Source: a virus (lineage: Duplodnaviria; Caudoviricetes). Taken from it: DNA of 24,742 nucleotides. The number at the start of each line of letters is the position of its first letter. Position 1 is the first letter of the stretch. The position numbers were made by a program, and so were the translations under genes. Below the pieces are notes generated by a model that had not been told where the DNA came from, did not search any database, and saw only the letters and a list, made by a program, of their open reading frames with translations. The stretch spans positions 1 to 24,742 of the IMG/VR virus record IMGVR_UViG_3300032240_002299; one strand, written 5' to 3'. Shown piece by piece: positions 16,765 through 24,742 of this stretch.

Positions 16765-17483
16765 TAGACGAAAAAAGTTTTAAAATCATTTATTAATATT
16801 GGTATTTTGTTTCCAGTTGTTGGACTTATAAATTCATCTTTGTATACAATTTGTGGTAAAATATCAAAAAATTCTGCTATTTTTAAAAACATTTCTTTTG
16901 GTAAATTTTCTAAAAAATCCTTCAATTCTTCTTTTGTTTTATCTTTTGCTTCAATTACTTGTTCTGATGTATAAATTTTATCTATACATGATGCCATCAA
17001 TTCAAACATTATTTCTGTTTTGTTTTTATCAGTATTTCCAAGTTCAGCAAATTCTACTATTCTTGGGTATTTCATAATTACCCCAAATTTATCATTTAAT
17101 TTAATATCAAAGTTTTTTTTATTTTCTGTTAAATTTAAAACTTTAATATTTTCTAATTTCATCTCTGTTTCAAACTTTTCATTAGTTGTTGGGTCTTTCA
17201 CTATTATTTCTACAATTTCACCCATTGATTTCATTCTTAATTGGATAAAGAGATATTCAATATCAAAATATGACATTTCATCTACATTTATTTTTTCATT
17301 AAAACATGATTCAAATACTGTTTTTAATGCATTTGTTATTTGTTCATTATTTTTGGATTCTAATGCTATAAGCAGAACTTTTTCTTCCTTGACCACAAAT
17401 GGTCTAAAAGAAACCTTTTTACCCGTTGATGGTATTGTGGTTGTATAAGTCGGTAACGATACTAAATTCTTTAAATCAATCAT
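16764..17483 (-). CDS. gp26: gp26-like baseplate hub subunit/chaperone
   Basis: Motifs LPTY...IPSTGKKVSFRPFVVKEEKVLLIALES, FDIEYLFIQLRMKSMGE and MKYP, with a C-terminal FF. SD AAGGAG. Confidence 0.88.
   Translation of the reverse strand: MIDLKNLVSLPTYTTTIPSTGKKVSFRPFVVKEEKVLLIALESKNNEQITNALKTVFESCFNEKINVDEMSYFDIEYLFIQLRMKSMGEIVEIIVKDPTTNEKFETEMKLENIKVLNLTENKKNFDIKLNDKFGVIMKYPRIVEFAELGNTDKNKTEIMFELMASCIDKIYTSEQVIEAKDKTKEELKDFLENLPKEMFLKIAEFFDILPQIVYKDEFISPTTGNKIPILINDFKTFFV
16770..16776 (-). promoter_or_regulatory. candidate -1 ribosomal frameshift heptamer T_TTT_TTC
   Basis: The minus strand reads ACT TTT TTC GTC TAA TG. The -1 frame reads TTT TTT CGT CTA ATG into gp51 with no stop. Confidence 0.55.
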
Positions 17484-17503
17484 TTCATTATCTCCTTCAT
17501 GGT

Positions 17504-18754
17504 TTAATCATTTTTATCATATTCTGATACTGCTCTATCCACTTCATCTTCTGATAATGCTGCTTGTTTTAGTGATGGATCCAAATCGGATCTATCAAGT
17601 AGTCTTGTCTCAGCAATGTCTAGTGTTAGAACTATTGTTACTGGATTACCATCTTTAAAGTGTGCATAGAATCCTTGTTGTGTATAATCTAATTGTACAC
17701 CTTTGATGAAACATTTTTGTAAACTTCTAGGAAGAACTGATGATACTTCTCCATTGATTCTAAATCCAAAGTCAATTGTTCCTGGGAATGTATATAACAC
17801 ACCACCAAGATCTTGAGTTGGATATGAATGTTGTTTCAATGCTTCTACTATTTGAATAAAAGCAGTCGCATCAGCTTTGCTTGTTGGACTATATTCGATG
17901 TTCCATTGCCAATTTCTTGGAGTTGGAGAACGATATAGAGTTTCAACTGCTGGATTAAATGATTTTCTGGCTGCTAATTGGAGGTTGTTTGCAATATATC
18001 CACCAACTCCTGGAAATGAAACTTTACGACTACCGCCGCTTGTATTTTGACCACCGCCGCCACCTATTGAATCTAATAGTCCACTCACAACACCTGCAAT
18101 TGGTATTAATGGATTATTTGAAAATGCATCAATATTGTGACTGTGTATGTCATTAATTTGTTTTGGAAGAGGTAGGAATATAGTCTTAGATTTATTGGAT
18201 CCGGTTCCTTCTGTATAAAAAGTTCTATTTAATTCTTCTATTTGTCCACTGGTATCTTTATTATCAAATGCATTTTTTATGTTAGATTTTGTTTCATTAT
18301 ATAAAGTTTGTTGTTCTTGTGATCCATATTTGGTTACCAAATCATCTGCAAATGTGGTAATACCTTTAACACTAGAACTTGCAAGATTTGAAGCACCATT
18401 TCCGATAAGTCGTTGGAACTGTCCTTGTGAATTTGAAAGATTTGGATTCTCATTGCTAGAAGGGGAATACAAAGTAATAACCATACAGTCTCTTAATTTT
18501 GCAGTCTCTCTCGTAAAGGATAACTGTTCGGTTGTATTTTTTATACTTGGTAATCCCTGATTCAATGCCTTGAATTTATTTTCAACATTGTTTTTTTGAT
18601 TAATATTAGCAAGTGCTCTCTGTTGATCTGCAACAGTTACGGTGTTTCCGGTAATAGTTTGATAATTTGCTGGGGCACTTGTAAGAACGGGTAATGCACC
18701 AGAACCTGCTAAATCGGAATAGTTTGCTATGTTTTGTTGTTGTATTTCTGCCAT
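17504..18754 (-). CDS. gp48: gp48-like baseplate tail tube cap
   Basis: Motifs IFLPLP, NPAVETLYRSPTPRNWQWNIEYSPTS...IVEALKQHSYP, CFIKGVQLDYT and FKDGNPV...LDIAET. Q/N-rich N-terminal extension. Confidence 0.8.
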   Translation of the reverse strand: MAEIQQQNIANYSDLAGSGALPVLTSAPANYQTITGNTVTVADQQRALANINQKNNVENKFKALNQGLPSIKNTTEQLSFTRETAKLRDCMVITLYSPSSNENPNLSNSQGQFQRLIGNGASNLASSSVKGITTFADDLVTKYGSQEQQTLYNETKSNIKNAFDNKDTSGQIEELNRTFYTEGTGSNKSKTIFLPLPKQINDIHSHNIDAFSNNPLIPIAGVVSGLLDSIGGGGGQNTSGGSRKVSFPGVGGYIANNLQLAARKSFNPAVETLYRSPTPRNWQWNIEYSPTSKADATAFIQIVEALKQHSYPTQDLGGVLYTFPGTIDFGFRINGEVSSVLPRSLQKCFIKGVQLDYTQQGFYAHFKDGNPVTIVLTLDIAETRLLDRSDLDPSLKQAALSEDEVDRAVSEYDKND

Positions 18755-18761
18755 TTTTCTA

Positions 18762-18769
18762 GATAAATA
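18762..18769 (+). promoter_or_regulatory. T4-type late promoter (GATAAATA) for the gp4 operon
   Basis: 7 of 8 match to TATAAATA in the intergenic gap upstream of gp4. Confidence 0.65.
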
Positions 18770-18788
18770 GGATAGAACTGTTCTTTTT

Positions 18789-18796
18789 TATTTATA
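18789..18796 (-). promoter_or_regulatory. T4-type late promoter (TATAAATA) for the gp48 operon
   Basis: Plus-strand TATTTATA is a perfect TATAAATA on the minus strand, upstream of the gp48 start at 18754. Confidence 0.75.
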
Positions 18797-19239
18797 TGCC
18801 ATATAAAGGAAAATATAGACCTGAAAAACCGGAAAAGTATGTTGGGAACCCCAACAATATAGTCTATCGTTCTTTGTTGGAACGACGGTTTATGGTTTTT
18901 TGTGACAGAAATGACAATATTTTAAAGTGGTCATCAGAGGAACTAGCAATTCCGTATGTTTCACCACTAGATAACAGAGTTCATCGATATTATGTAGATT
19001 TTGTCATAGAGGTGAAGGAAAAGACTGGTGATACTAAGGTTTATCTTGTGGAGATTAAACCTTCTAGACAATGTGTGCAGCCACAAGAGTCCAACAATAA
19101 GAAGCAAAGGACATTTTTGAAAGAAAGTAAAACTTGGATAATAAATAATTCAAAGTGGAATGCTGCTACAGAATTTGCTAAAAAACAGAACTGGGAATTT
19201 AAAATAATAACGGAAAAAACTCTAGGAACCGATAAATGA
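18796..19239 (+). CDS. gp4: gp4-like head completion protein (TnsA-like PD-(D/E)xK nuclease fold)
   Basis: YKGKYRP..PEKYVG...YRSLLERRFM.FCD...WSSEE..IPY.SP.D...HRYYVDF...VEIKP...KW.AA...F.IITE. Confidence 0.92.
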   Translation: MPYKGKYRPEKPEKYVGNPNNIVYRSLLERRFMVFCDRNDNILKWSSEELAIPYVSPLDNRVHRYYVDFVIEVKEKTGDTKVYLVEIKPSRQCVQPQESNNKKQRTFLKESKTWIINNSKWNAATEFAKKQNWEFKIITEKTLGTDK

Positions 19240-20006
19240 CTCAATTTGGACCAGCGGAACAAACACTAAATCAATTGGGCTTAAGGGATAGACCATCTGC
19301 CGGATCTTTTGGTATCTCTGACGCTATAGCATCGTTTAATCCCATTACAGGTAACGGTGTGACAGAACTTGCTAACTTTCTAGTAGATGCTGGTATCTAT
19401 TATAGAACAAATAGATTCTTTGTAACAGTCTTTCCACCCCAAATACCAAATAACACACTATCAGATCTAGCCGATAGGAATGGCTTTAGATTTGTTTGTG
19501 AGTCTGCAAACTTACCAAACCAGACATTATTCACAACAGATTTTAAACTTAACAACTTACCAGTTCTAAGATTACCTTATTCAATTGATTATGGTAATGA
19601 ATTAAACCTAACCTTCCGCATGAGCCAAGGATTTAGAGAAAGAAAATTCTTCTTAAATTGGCAAGAATACATCTTTGATATTAATAATGGTGTAGAGTAT
19701 TATAATAATTATACCAATTCTTCTCTTATAGTCTTGACCCAGATTGATACAACCAATAGTAAAATTTATAATACACAATTTATAGGTGCATATCCAACAA
19801 ATATTGGTTCGATTGATTACTCATGGGAAGCAGATGGTAATTATGTAAAGCAGCAGGTATCATTCTCTTATTATAGAATGTTATCAGAAGGTGTTGTTTA
19901 TACTCAACCAAAGAAAAGTACATCATTAACACAAACAGCATTAAAACCTGATATATTCAATTCAAATACAAAGACAATAGCAATGACACCCGGAGCAATA
20001 ACATAA
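19236..20006 (+). CDS. gp54: gp54-like baseplate tail tube initiator (tail-tube fold)
   Basis: Motifs RTNRFFV, CESANLP, LNLTF...ERKFFLNWQEYI and GAYPTNIGSIDYSW...VSFSY. Confidence 0.7.
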   Translation: MTQFGPAEQTLNQLGLRDRPSAGSFGISDAIASFNPITGNGVTELANFLVDAGIYYRTNRFFVTVFPPQIPNNTLSDLADRNGFRFVCESANLPNQTLFTTDFKLNNLPVLRLPYSIDYGNELNLTFRMSQGFRERKFFLNWQEYIFDINNGVEYYNNYTNSSLIVLTQIDTTNSKIYNTQFIGAYPTNIGSIDYSWEADGNYVKQQVSFSYYRMLSEGVVYTQPKKSTSLTQTALKPDIFNSNTKTIAMTPGAIT

Positions 20007-20007
20007 T

Positions 20008-20820
20008 ATGTTTTTTACAAAACACCCATTCATCACACAGACAGATAATAATGGAAATAGTGTTCAGGTAACTGATATTCTTGCAACATTAACTGGTTTT
20101 GATATTTACAAAAATAGTCAATATAGTATTCAGTATTATATCCGTGAAGGTGATACACCAGAATCTATTGCTCTGAGACTATACAATAAACAATCTTACT
20201 CCTGGATAATTCTACTAATCAATGGTATGAAGGGAGTTTATACAGATTGGCCACTTTCATCAAATTCCTTTGACGCTTACACCAAGAAAAAATATGAAGG
20301 TCTTTCGTCTATATTTTTTAAATTAGATAGCATTTATAATTATGATATAAAACCGGGAGATCTTATAACTGTTGTTAATAATACGAATATAGCAGCAGAA
20401 GTTGTGAGTTGGAATGCTTCTCTGAGTAAGTTAACGATAAAACAAATAGCAGGCACATTCTCTCCTAATCAAACTGTTTATATTTTTAATACAGATTTGG
20501 ATGGTAATCGTATAGTTGATTATGCTGATATAGCAATATCGTTACTAGAAACAGGAACCACTCCTAAAATTATTATTGGTGATATTGCAAGAGTAAATCT
20601 ATATGAGCAAGATTCTCTTCACCATTTTGAATCCAACGGTGTTTATATTGATCCTTTAACTGGTTATTTACAGGGTTATTTGGCTGGTGTAGATAATAAT
20701 GTTGTTACAAATTATGAATATGAAGTAAAACAAAATGATAACAAACGATATATCTACTTACCTACGCCTGAAGTAGCAATTAGAATAGAACAAGAATATG
20801 CAAAATTGATGGCAGTTTAA
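20008..20820 (+). CDS. gp53: gp53-like baseplate wedge protein (LysM-like)
   Basis: Motifs YYIREGDTPESIALRLY...WIILLIN...DWPLS and VTNYEYEVKQNDNKRYI. Confidence 0.88.
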   Translation: MFFTKHPFITQTDNNGNSVQVTDILATLTGFDIYKNSQYSIQYYIREGDTPESIALRLYNKQSYSWIILLINGMKGVYTDWPLSSNSFDAYTKKKYEGLSSIFFKLDSIYNYDIKPGDLITVVNNTNIAAEVVSWNASLSKLTIKQIAGTFSPNQTVYIFNTDLDGNRIVDYADIAISLLETGTTPKIIIGDIARVNLYEQDSLHHFESNGVYIDPLTGYLQGYLAGVDNNVVTNYEYEVKQNDNKRYIYLPTPEVAIRIEQEYAKLMAV

Positions 20821-20821
20821 T

Positions 20822-22381
20822 ATGATAAATCTAGAAACACTTGGTAGTATAATCATAAAGTCAGAGGATACTTCGGTTGATATTACCGAAGTCGTGACAT
20901 CAATTAACATATATCAAAGTTTATATGATCCATTTGTTACTGGTGATATAACAATTATCGATGTACCATCAAGCAGAGTTACAAAGAATTTTCGTGGTGG
21001 TATTGTTGGTAAAGGTGAAGAATTAATTTTTTCTCTTTCTACAAAAACAACTCCAGTTTCTAGAGATAAAACTTTAGATTTTGCAAAATACTACATCTAT
21101 AAAGTATCAATGGTGCCGCTAGAATCTGCTGGTGAGCAAGCAATATTCAAGCAAGCAACTACATATCATTTCTGTTCAAAGGGAATGATTGTCAATGAAT
21201 TTAAGAAGATAAGAAAATCTTATAAAAATAAGATCAGTAATATTGTAAATTCAATAGCAAAGAATCAATTATCATTAGATGTTTCCATCGATGAAGAAAC
21301 AAATGGAAAGCAAAAGGTAGTAATACCAAATCTTTCTCCAATGAAAGCAATAATGTGGTTAACAAGCAGAGCATATGCTGGTTCTTCTGGTACAACAGGA
21401 AAAGCAACTGCTGATAAAAATAAGAATAAAGATAACAAACAAAACCATAATTTTGTGTTCTATGAGGACATAGATCACAAGCACCATTTTACTAGTATTG
21501 GATCTTTAATGAAAAGAGATCCTGTAATCGGTACAAAGGAAGACGATGGCATAACAATAAGAATGATGCCAAATAATAATCTAGTTAGTGGTGAAATTAC
21601 AAAGAAGGTTTCATTCGAAGCACTACAGCATCTTGCAAAGGATTTCTCACCTTTAAATAATATAAAGGAAGGAATGTATGCATCCACCTGCTTAACTTTT
21701 GATATTACTAGAAAAAAGTATGCAAAAACTACTATGCGATATGATAAATTGTTTGAAAAGCAAAACCATCTTTACGATAGACAATTAGTGGATACCAAAT
21801 TTGCACCATCAAGCAGTGTTATAAATCAAGTTTACGATAATCCAGATGCGGTAATTAAATATTACCCAAAAGCAACAAAACTATTTTCTGTAAGAGAAAA
21901 ACCCGGAAACCCAGATAATCCTGCAAACAATGTAGATAAATGGTTACTCCAGAGAATAGCATCTATGGCTGCTCTAGATCAATTTGGTATCGATGTTGAA
22001 ATAAAGGGAAATGTTGGTATCAGTCTTGGTGATGTGGTTTTCTTTGGAAGACCCCAAGTTGATTCAATTGATACAAAAAATGCTAGAGATCCTTTCTTCG
22101 TTGGTAAATTCCTCATAACAAGAATTAAACATACTGTAGAGAATAGAGGAGATTCATTAGGATTTAATTTGAGAACTTCTTTATCCCTTAGAAGAGATTC
22201 TGAATTTTCTGATAGTGCTGATCATGCAGCAGATAAATTAACCGATCTCCTTAAGGGAAATACAACAATACAAAACTTGGGTGGAGTTCAAGCAGTAAAT
22301 CAATTATGTACAGAAGCACAATGCTATCCAGAATTGACTGGAGCAGTAAGAGAAGGCGTACTACGGAATAATACAACATGA
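20822..22381 (+). CDS. baseplate hub protein, gp27/gpD-like
   Basis: 519 aa immediately upstream of gp5. Motifs INIYQSL..PF.TG.I.I.D, VVIPNLSPMKAIMWL, FVFYE and GDVV...GKFLITRIKH are typical of hub proteins. Confidence 0.65.
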   Translation: MINLETLGSIIIKSEDTSVDITEVVTSINIYQSLYDPFVTGDITIIDVPSSRVTKNFRGGIVGKGEELIFSLSTKTTPVSRDKTLDFAKYYIYKVSMVPLESAGEQAIFKQATTYHFCSKGMIVNEFKKIRKSYKNKISNIVNSIAKNQLSLDVSIDEETNGKQKVVIPNLSPMKAIMWLTSRAYAGSSGTTGKATADKNKNKDNKQNHNFVFYEDIDHKHHFTSIGSLMKRDPVIGTKEDDGITIRMMPNNNLVSGEITKKVSFEALQHLAKDFSPLNNIKEGMYASTCLTFDITRKKYAKTTMRYDKLFEKQNHLYDRQLVDTKFAPSSSVINQVYDNPDAVIKYYPKATKLFSVREKPGNPDNPANNVDKWLLQRIASMAALDQFGIDVEIKGNVGISLGDVVFFGRPQVDSIDTKNARDPFFVGKFLITRIKHTVENRGDSLGFNLRTSLSLRRDSEFSDSADHAADKLTDLLKGNTTIQNLGGVQAVNQLCTEAQCYPELTGAVREGVLRNNTT

Positions 22382-23733
22382 GTGGATTTTTAGGAAAAGA
22401 CGGTTTTGCATGGTTCTTCGGAGTAGTCGAAGACAGAAAAGACCCATTAAAGATAGGTCGTGTTCGTGTACGCATACTTGGTTACCATGATGATGACCGA
22501 AATGTTCTCCCAACCAGCGAATTGCCTTGGGCTACTCCGGTTCAGGGAATCACCTCAGCTGCATTAGGCGGTCTAGGATCGACTCCAGTGGGTTTGGTAG
22601 AGGGTACATGGGTTCTGGGCTTCTTTACTGATCCTGGCTCATATCAGATTCCCATGATTCTTGGATCTATCGCAGGATTGAATGCCAAGACAATTAAAAA
22701 ATTAGGTGAAGAACCCGGAAATGCATTTAAAGATTTGAGATCAGCATTTCAATTAAAGAATGCACCAAATAATGCATTTGATAAGCGAGAATACCCAAAT
22801 GGAAAGGGTAATGATGGGGATAAGCATGGTGCTCAATTGCAAACAGCAGAAAGTAATTCAACCTATCCAAGACCAGATTATGCCGCTGATGCAAGTGATA
22901 ATGTAGATGGAACCCCTGATACAAACATATTAGGTGTAAACGATCAGAATAGAATAGATAAGACTTCTGTTGGTGTGAAGAATGCACCAAGAGAAAATGG
23001 TGGTACAAGAGAGACAGCAGTTCCTGTTGCAGATATTCCTTTTGAGAAGTTCTCAACTGGAGTCACTGGTGAAAGTGGTGCAAATAAAGGAACAAATAAA
23101 GGTCTTGGTGTTGGTTATAATGGTGTTGATTCTTCATCAAAACCATCACTAAAACAAAACTATAAGCAATTTAAAGACCAGCCAACAAATGCAAATGGTC
23201 AATCTGTTTATTCATCAGGAGCAACAACTGTAGGTGGTAATAGAATCTTTACTCCTACTATAGTTTCAGCGGCTGCTGCTTGTTATAAAGATAGTATGGG
23301 AAATGTTAAATCTGGTGCTAGTGCAATAAAACAAAGTGTTATTGATCAAACAAATAAGACAGTAAAACAATCAAATATACAAAAACTACAATCAGATATA
23401 GAAGAAAGATCATTGTTGGGTGTTGGTTCTTATGTACGAACAGCAAATGGAACATTAGTAGATCCAAAAGACTTGGCAGAACAAAAGAAAACAAACCAAG
23501 AAGCGGCAAAACCAGTCGGTACAGAAACTGGTATTTCTACAGGAGTTTCACCAACAGAGAAGGTGACTGTAAACGGTATTCCTGTAACACGCGATCAATT
23601 TGGTAATATCATACTAGATGGTAATGCAATTCCTTCTATTGATATTACAGAGAAGCAAAATAACCAACTAGATCCAAACAACCCAAATAGAAATGATGCA
23701 TGTGGAGATTGTGGCTGTCAGGATGGTAAATAA
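22378..23733 (+). CDS. gp5: gp5 N-terminal OB-fold baseplate hub/spike protein (no lysozyme, no beta-helix)
   Basis: FAWFFGVVEDRKDPLKIGRVRVRILGYH...LPWA...GLVEGTWVLGFFTD...PMILGSI is the gp5 OB domain. It is followed by a low-complexity region ending in CGDCGC. Confidence 0.88.
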   Translation: MSGFLGKDGFAWFFGVVEDRKDPLKIGRVRVRILGYHDDDRNVLPTSELPWATPVQGITSAALGGLGSTPVGLVEGTWVLGFFTDPGSYQIPMILGSIAGLNAKTIKKLGEEPGNAFKDLRSAFQLKNAPNNAFDKREYPNGKGNDGDKHGAQLQTAESNSTYPRPDYAADASDNVDGTPDTNILGVNDQNRIDKTSVGVKNAPRENGGTRETAVPVADIPFEKFSTGVTGESGANKGTNKGLGVGYNGVDSSSKPSLKQNYKQFKDQPTNANGQSVYSSGATTVGGNRIFTPTIVSAAAACYKDSMGNVKSGASAIKQSVIDQTNKTVKQSNIQKLQSDIEERSLLGVGSYVRTANGTLVDPKDLAEQKKTNQEAAKPVGTETGISTGVSPTEKVTVNGIPVTRDQFGNIILDGNAIPSIDITEKQNNQLDPNNPNRNDACGDCGCQDGK

Positions 23734-23736
23734 ATA
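23729..23736 (+). promoter_or_regulatory. possible late promoter (AATAAATA) before gp5C
   Basis: The motif overlaps the gp5N stop codon and ends 15 nt before ATG 23752. The AT-rich background limits confidence. Confidence 0.4.
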
Positions 23737-23751
23737 AATTAGAGATTATAT

Positions 23752-24742
23752 ATGGTATCACCAACACAAACACAAGGCGAATGGAGCGAACCAGAGACAC
23801 CGTATGGTAAGGTAAAGGGAGAACCTACGGACAATGTTTATCCATATAATAAAGTCTTTGAATCGGAATCTGGACATGTCATTCAAGTAGATGATACTCC
23901 AGGATCAGAACGACTTGATGTATTCCATAGATCAGGAACATTTGAAGAATTCCATCCAAATGGTGATAGAGTTACAAAGGTAGTACGAGATAGATACACC
24001 TCAGTTTTAAGAGATGATTATGTCCATGTCGATGGTTTTTGTAATGTAACAATAGATAAAGCACTAAAGATTGTAGTTAATAAAGATGATACAGAAAGCA
24101 CACCATCAAAGAATGTAAATTTTGATATTGAAGTTGGTAGAAATTCAAATGTCAATCTCGTAATCAAAAAGGGTAACTGTAAATTAAAACTCGAAGATGG
24201 TGATGTTAATCTATTGATGAATCGTGGCGTTGTGAATATTCGTCAAGAAAAGGGAAACTATAACCACTTTGTAAATGGTGATTATAATCTAGAAGTTACT
24301 GGAAAGATGCATACTGTTGTTGGTAAAGATCTTGTAAATGAAATTGGTGGAAATAGAGATATTCGTGTTGATGGACAATTTGACAACAAATGGATTACAA
24401 ATGGTTATTCTGAAACTTTAGTCGAAAAAGGTGATATGCGTGTTGAAGTTGGTGCAAATCATCATCAACTAATACACGGAGAATCTCACACGAGAGTAGA
24501 GCAAGGAAGAAGAACCTTTATTGAACAATATGAAGAATTATCAGTAAATGGTCCAACAAAGACTAAGGTTACTGGTAATTTTGATATCTTTACTGATGGA
24601 AATATTGCAATATCAAGTAGTGGTACTTTTGATGGATCATTTGCTGGTTTTACAAAAATTACATCAGATTCATCAATAGACATATTTGCTGCATCATCTG
24701 CAAAATTAACAGCAAATTCTAGTTTTGATATATTGTCTCAGG
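23752..24742 (+). CDS. gp5 C-terminal spike (antiparallel prism plus beta-helix), 3'-truncated
   Basis: Absent from the ORF track because it runs off the window end. Manual translation gives MVSPTQTQGEWSEPETPY...VYPYNKVFESESGHVIQVDDTPGSERLDVFHRSGTFEEFHPNGDRVTKVV, then V.G repeats of about 8 residues (VNGDYNLEVTGKMHTVVGKD...). Confidence 0.88.
   Translation, partial: MVSPTQTQGEWSEPETPYGKVKGEPTDNVYPYNKVFESESGHVIQVDDTPGSERLDVFHRSGTFEEFHPNGDRVTKVVRDRYTSVLRDDYVHVDGFCNVTIDKALKIVVNKDDTESTPSKNVNFDIEVGRNSNVNLVIKKGNCKLKLEDGDVNLLMNRGVVNIRQEKGNYNHFVNGDYNLEVTGKMHTVVGKDLVNEIGGNRDIRVDGQFDNKWITNGYSETLVEKGDMRVEVGANHHQLIHGESHTRVEQGRRTFIEQYEELSVNGPTKTKVTGNFDIFTDGNIAISSSGTFDGSFAGFTKITSDSSIDIFAASSAKLTANSSFDILSQ

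Noticed and set aside
17020-17448. 142-aa plus-strand ORF and the other short overlapping or antisense ORFs in the track
   Set aside because: They lie mostly or wholly within well-supported genes and have shadow-like composition.
18796-19239. TnsA transposase or homing endonuclease
   Set aside because: Motifs and context match the core head-completion protein gp4, and no transposon ends are visible.
1-24742. Stop-codon reassignment (no called gene ends in TAG)
   Set aside because: Genes pack tightly and are full length in code 11, and TAG is rare in AT-rich genomes. The gp5 split is bounded first by TAA.
1-24742. tRNA, CRISPR array, intron or intein
   Set aside because: Intergenic gaps are under about 100 nt with no cloverleaf or spaced repeats, and no splice or intein motifs were seen in the core genes.

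Overview
The window is part of a large, AT-rich, T4-superfamily (Tevenvirinae/Kyanoviridae-like) myovirus genome, probably from an uncultured phage. The first 19 bases look like an Illumina adapter remnant. Bases 1-12.6 kb are one tightly packed plus-strand glycan island of 16 genes. It holds about 9 glycosyltransferase-like proteins (GT10 and GT11 fucosyl-type, two exostosin/GT47-like, several DxD GT-A-like), 3 SAM methyltransferases, Gmd, a ColD-type PLP/His 3-dehydratase and a degenerate Gmd/Rmd-like SDR. Together these suggest a phage-encoded GDP-3,6-dideoxyhexose (colitose-type) glycosylation system. Next come gp33, a fourth methyltransferase-like gene and gp32, whose codon usage differs sharply from its neighbours. 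The remainder is a tail/baseplate module: minus strand gp48-gp26-gp51-tape-measure candidate, plus strand gp4-gp54-gp53-gp27-like-gp5N-gp5C. The best leads are: (1) a T_TTT_TTC -1 slippery site that would fuse gp26 to gp51 just upstream of the tape-measure candidate, like lambda G/GT; (2) the dideoxysugar glycosylation island; (3) gp5 split into two genes with no lysozyme domain; (4) a dyad-symmetric pair of face-to-face late promoters; (5) a duplicated start region and uORF in the gp32 leader. All family calls come from motifs recognised by eye; no database search was run.
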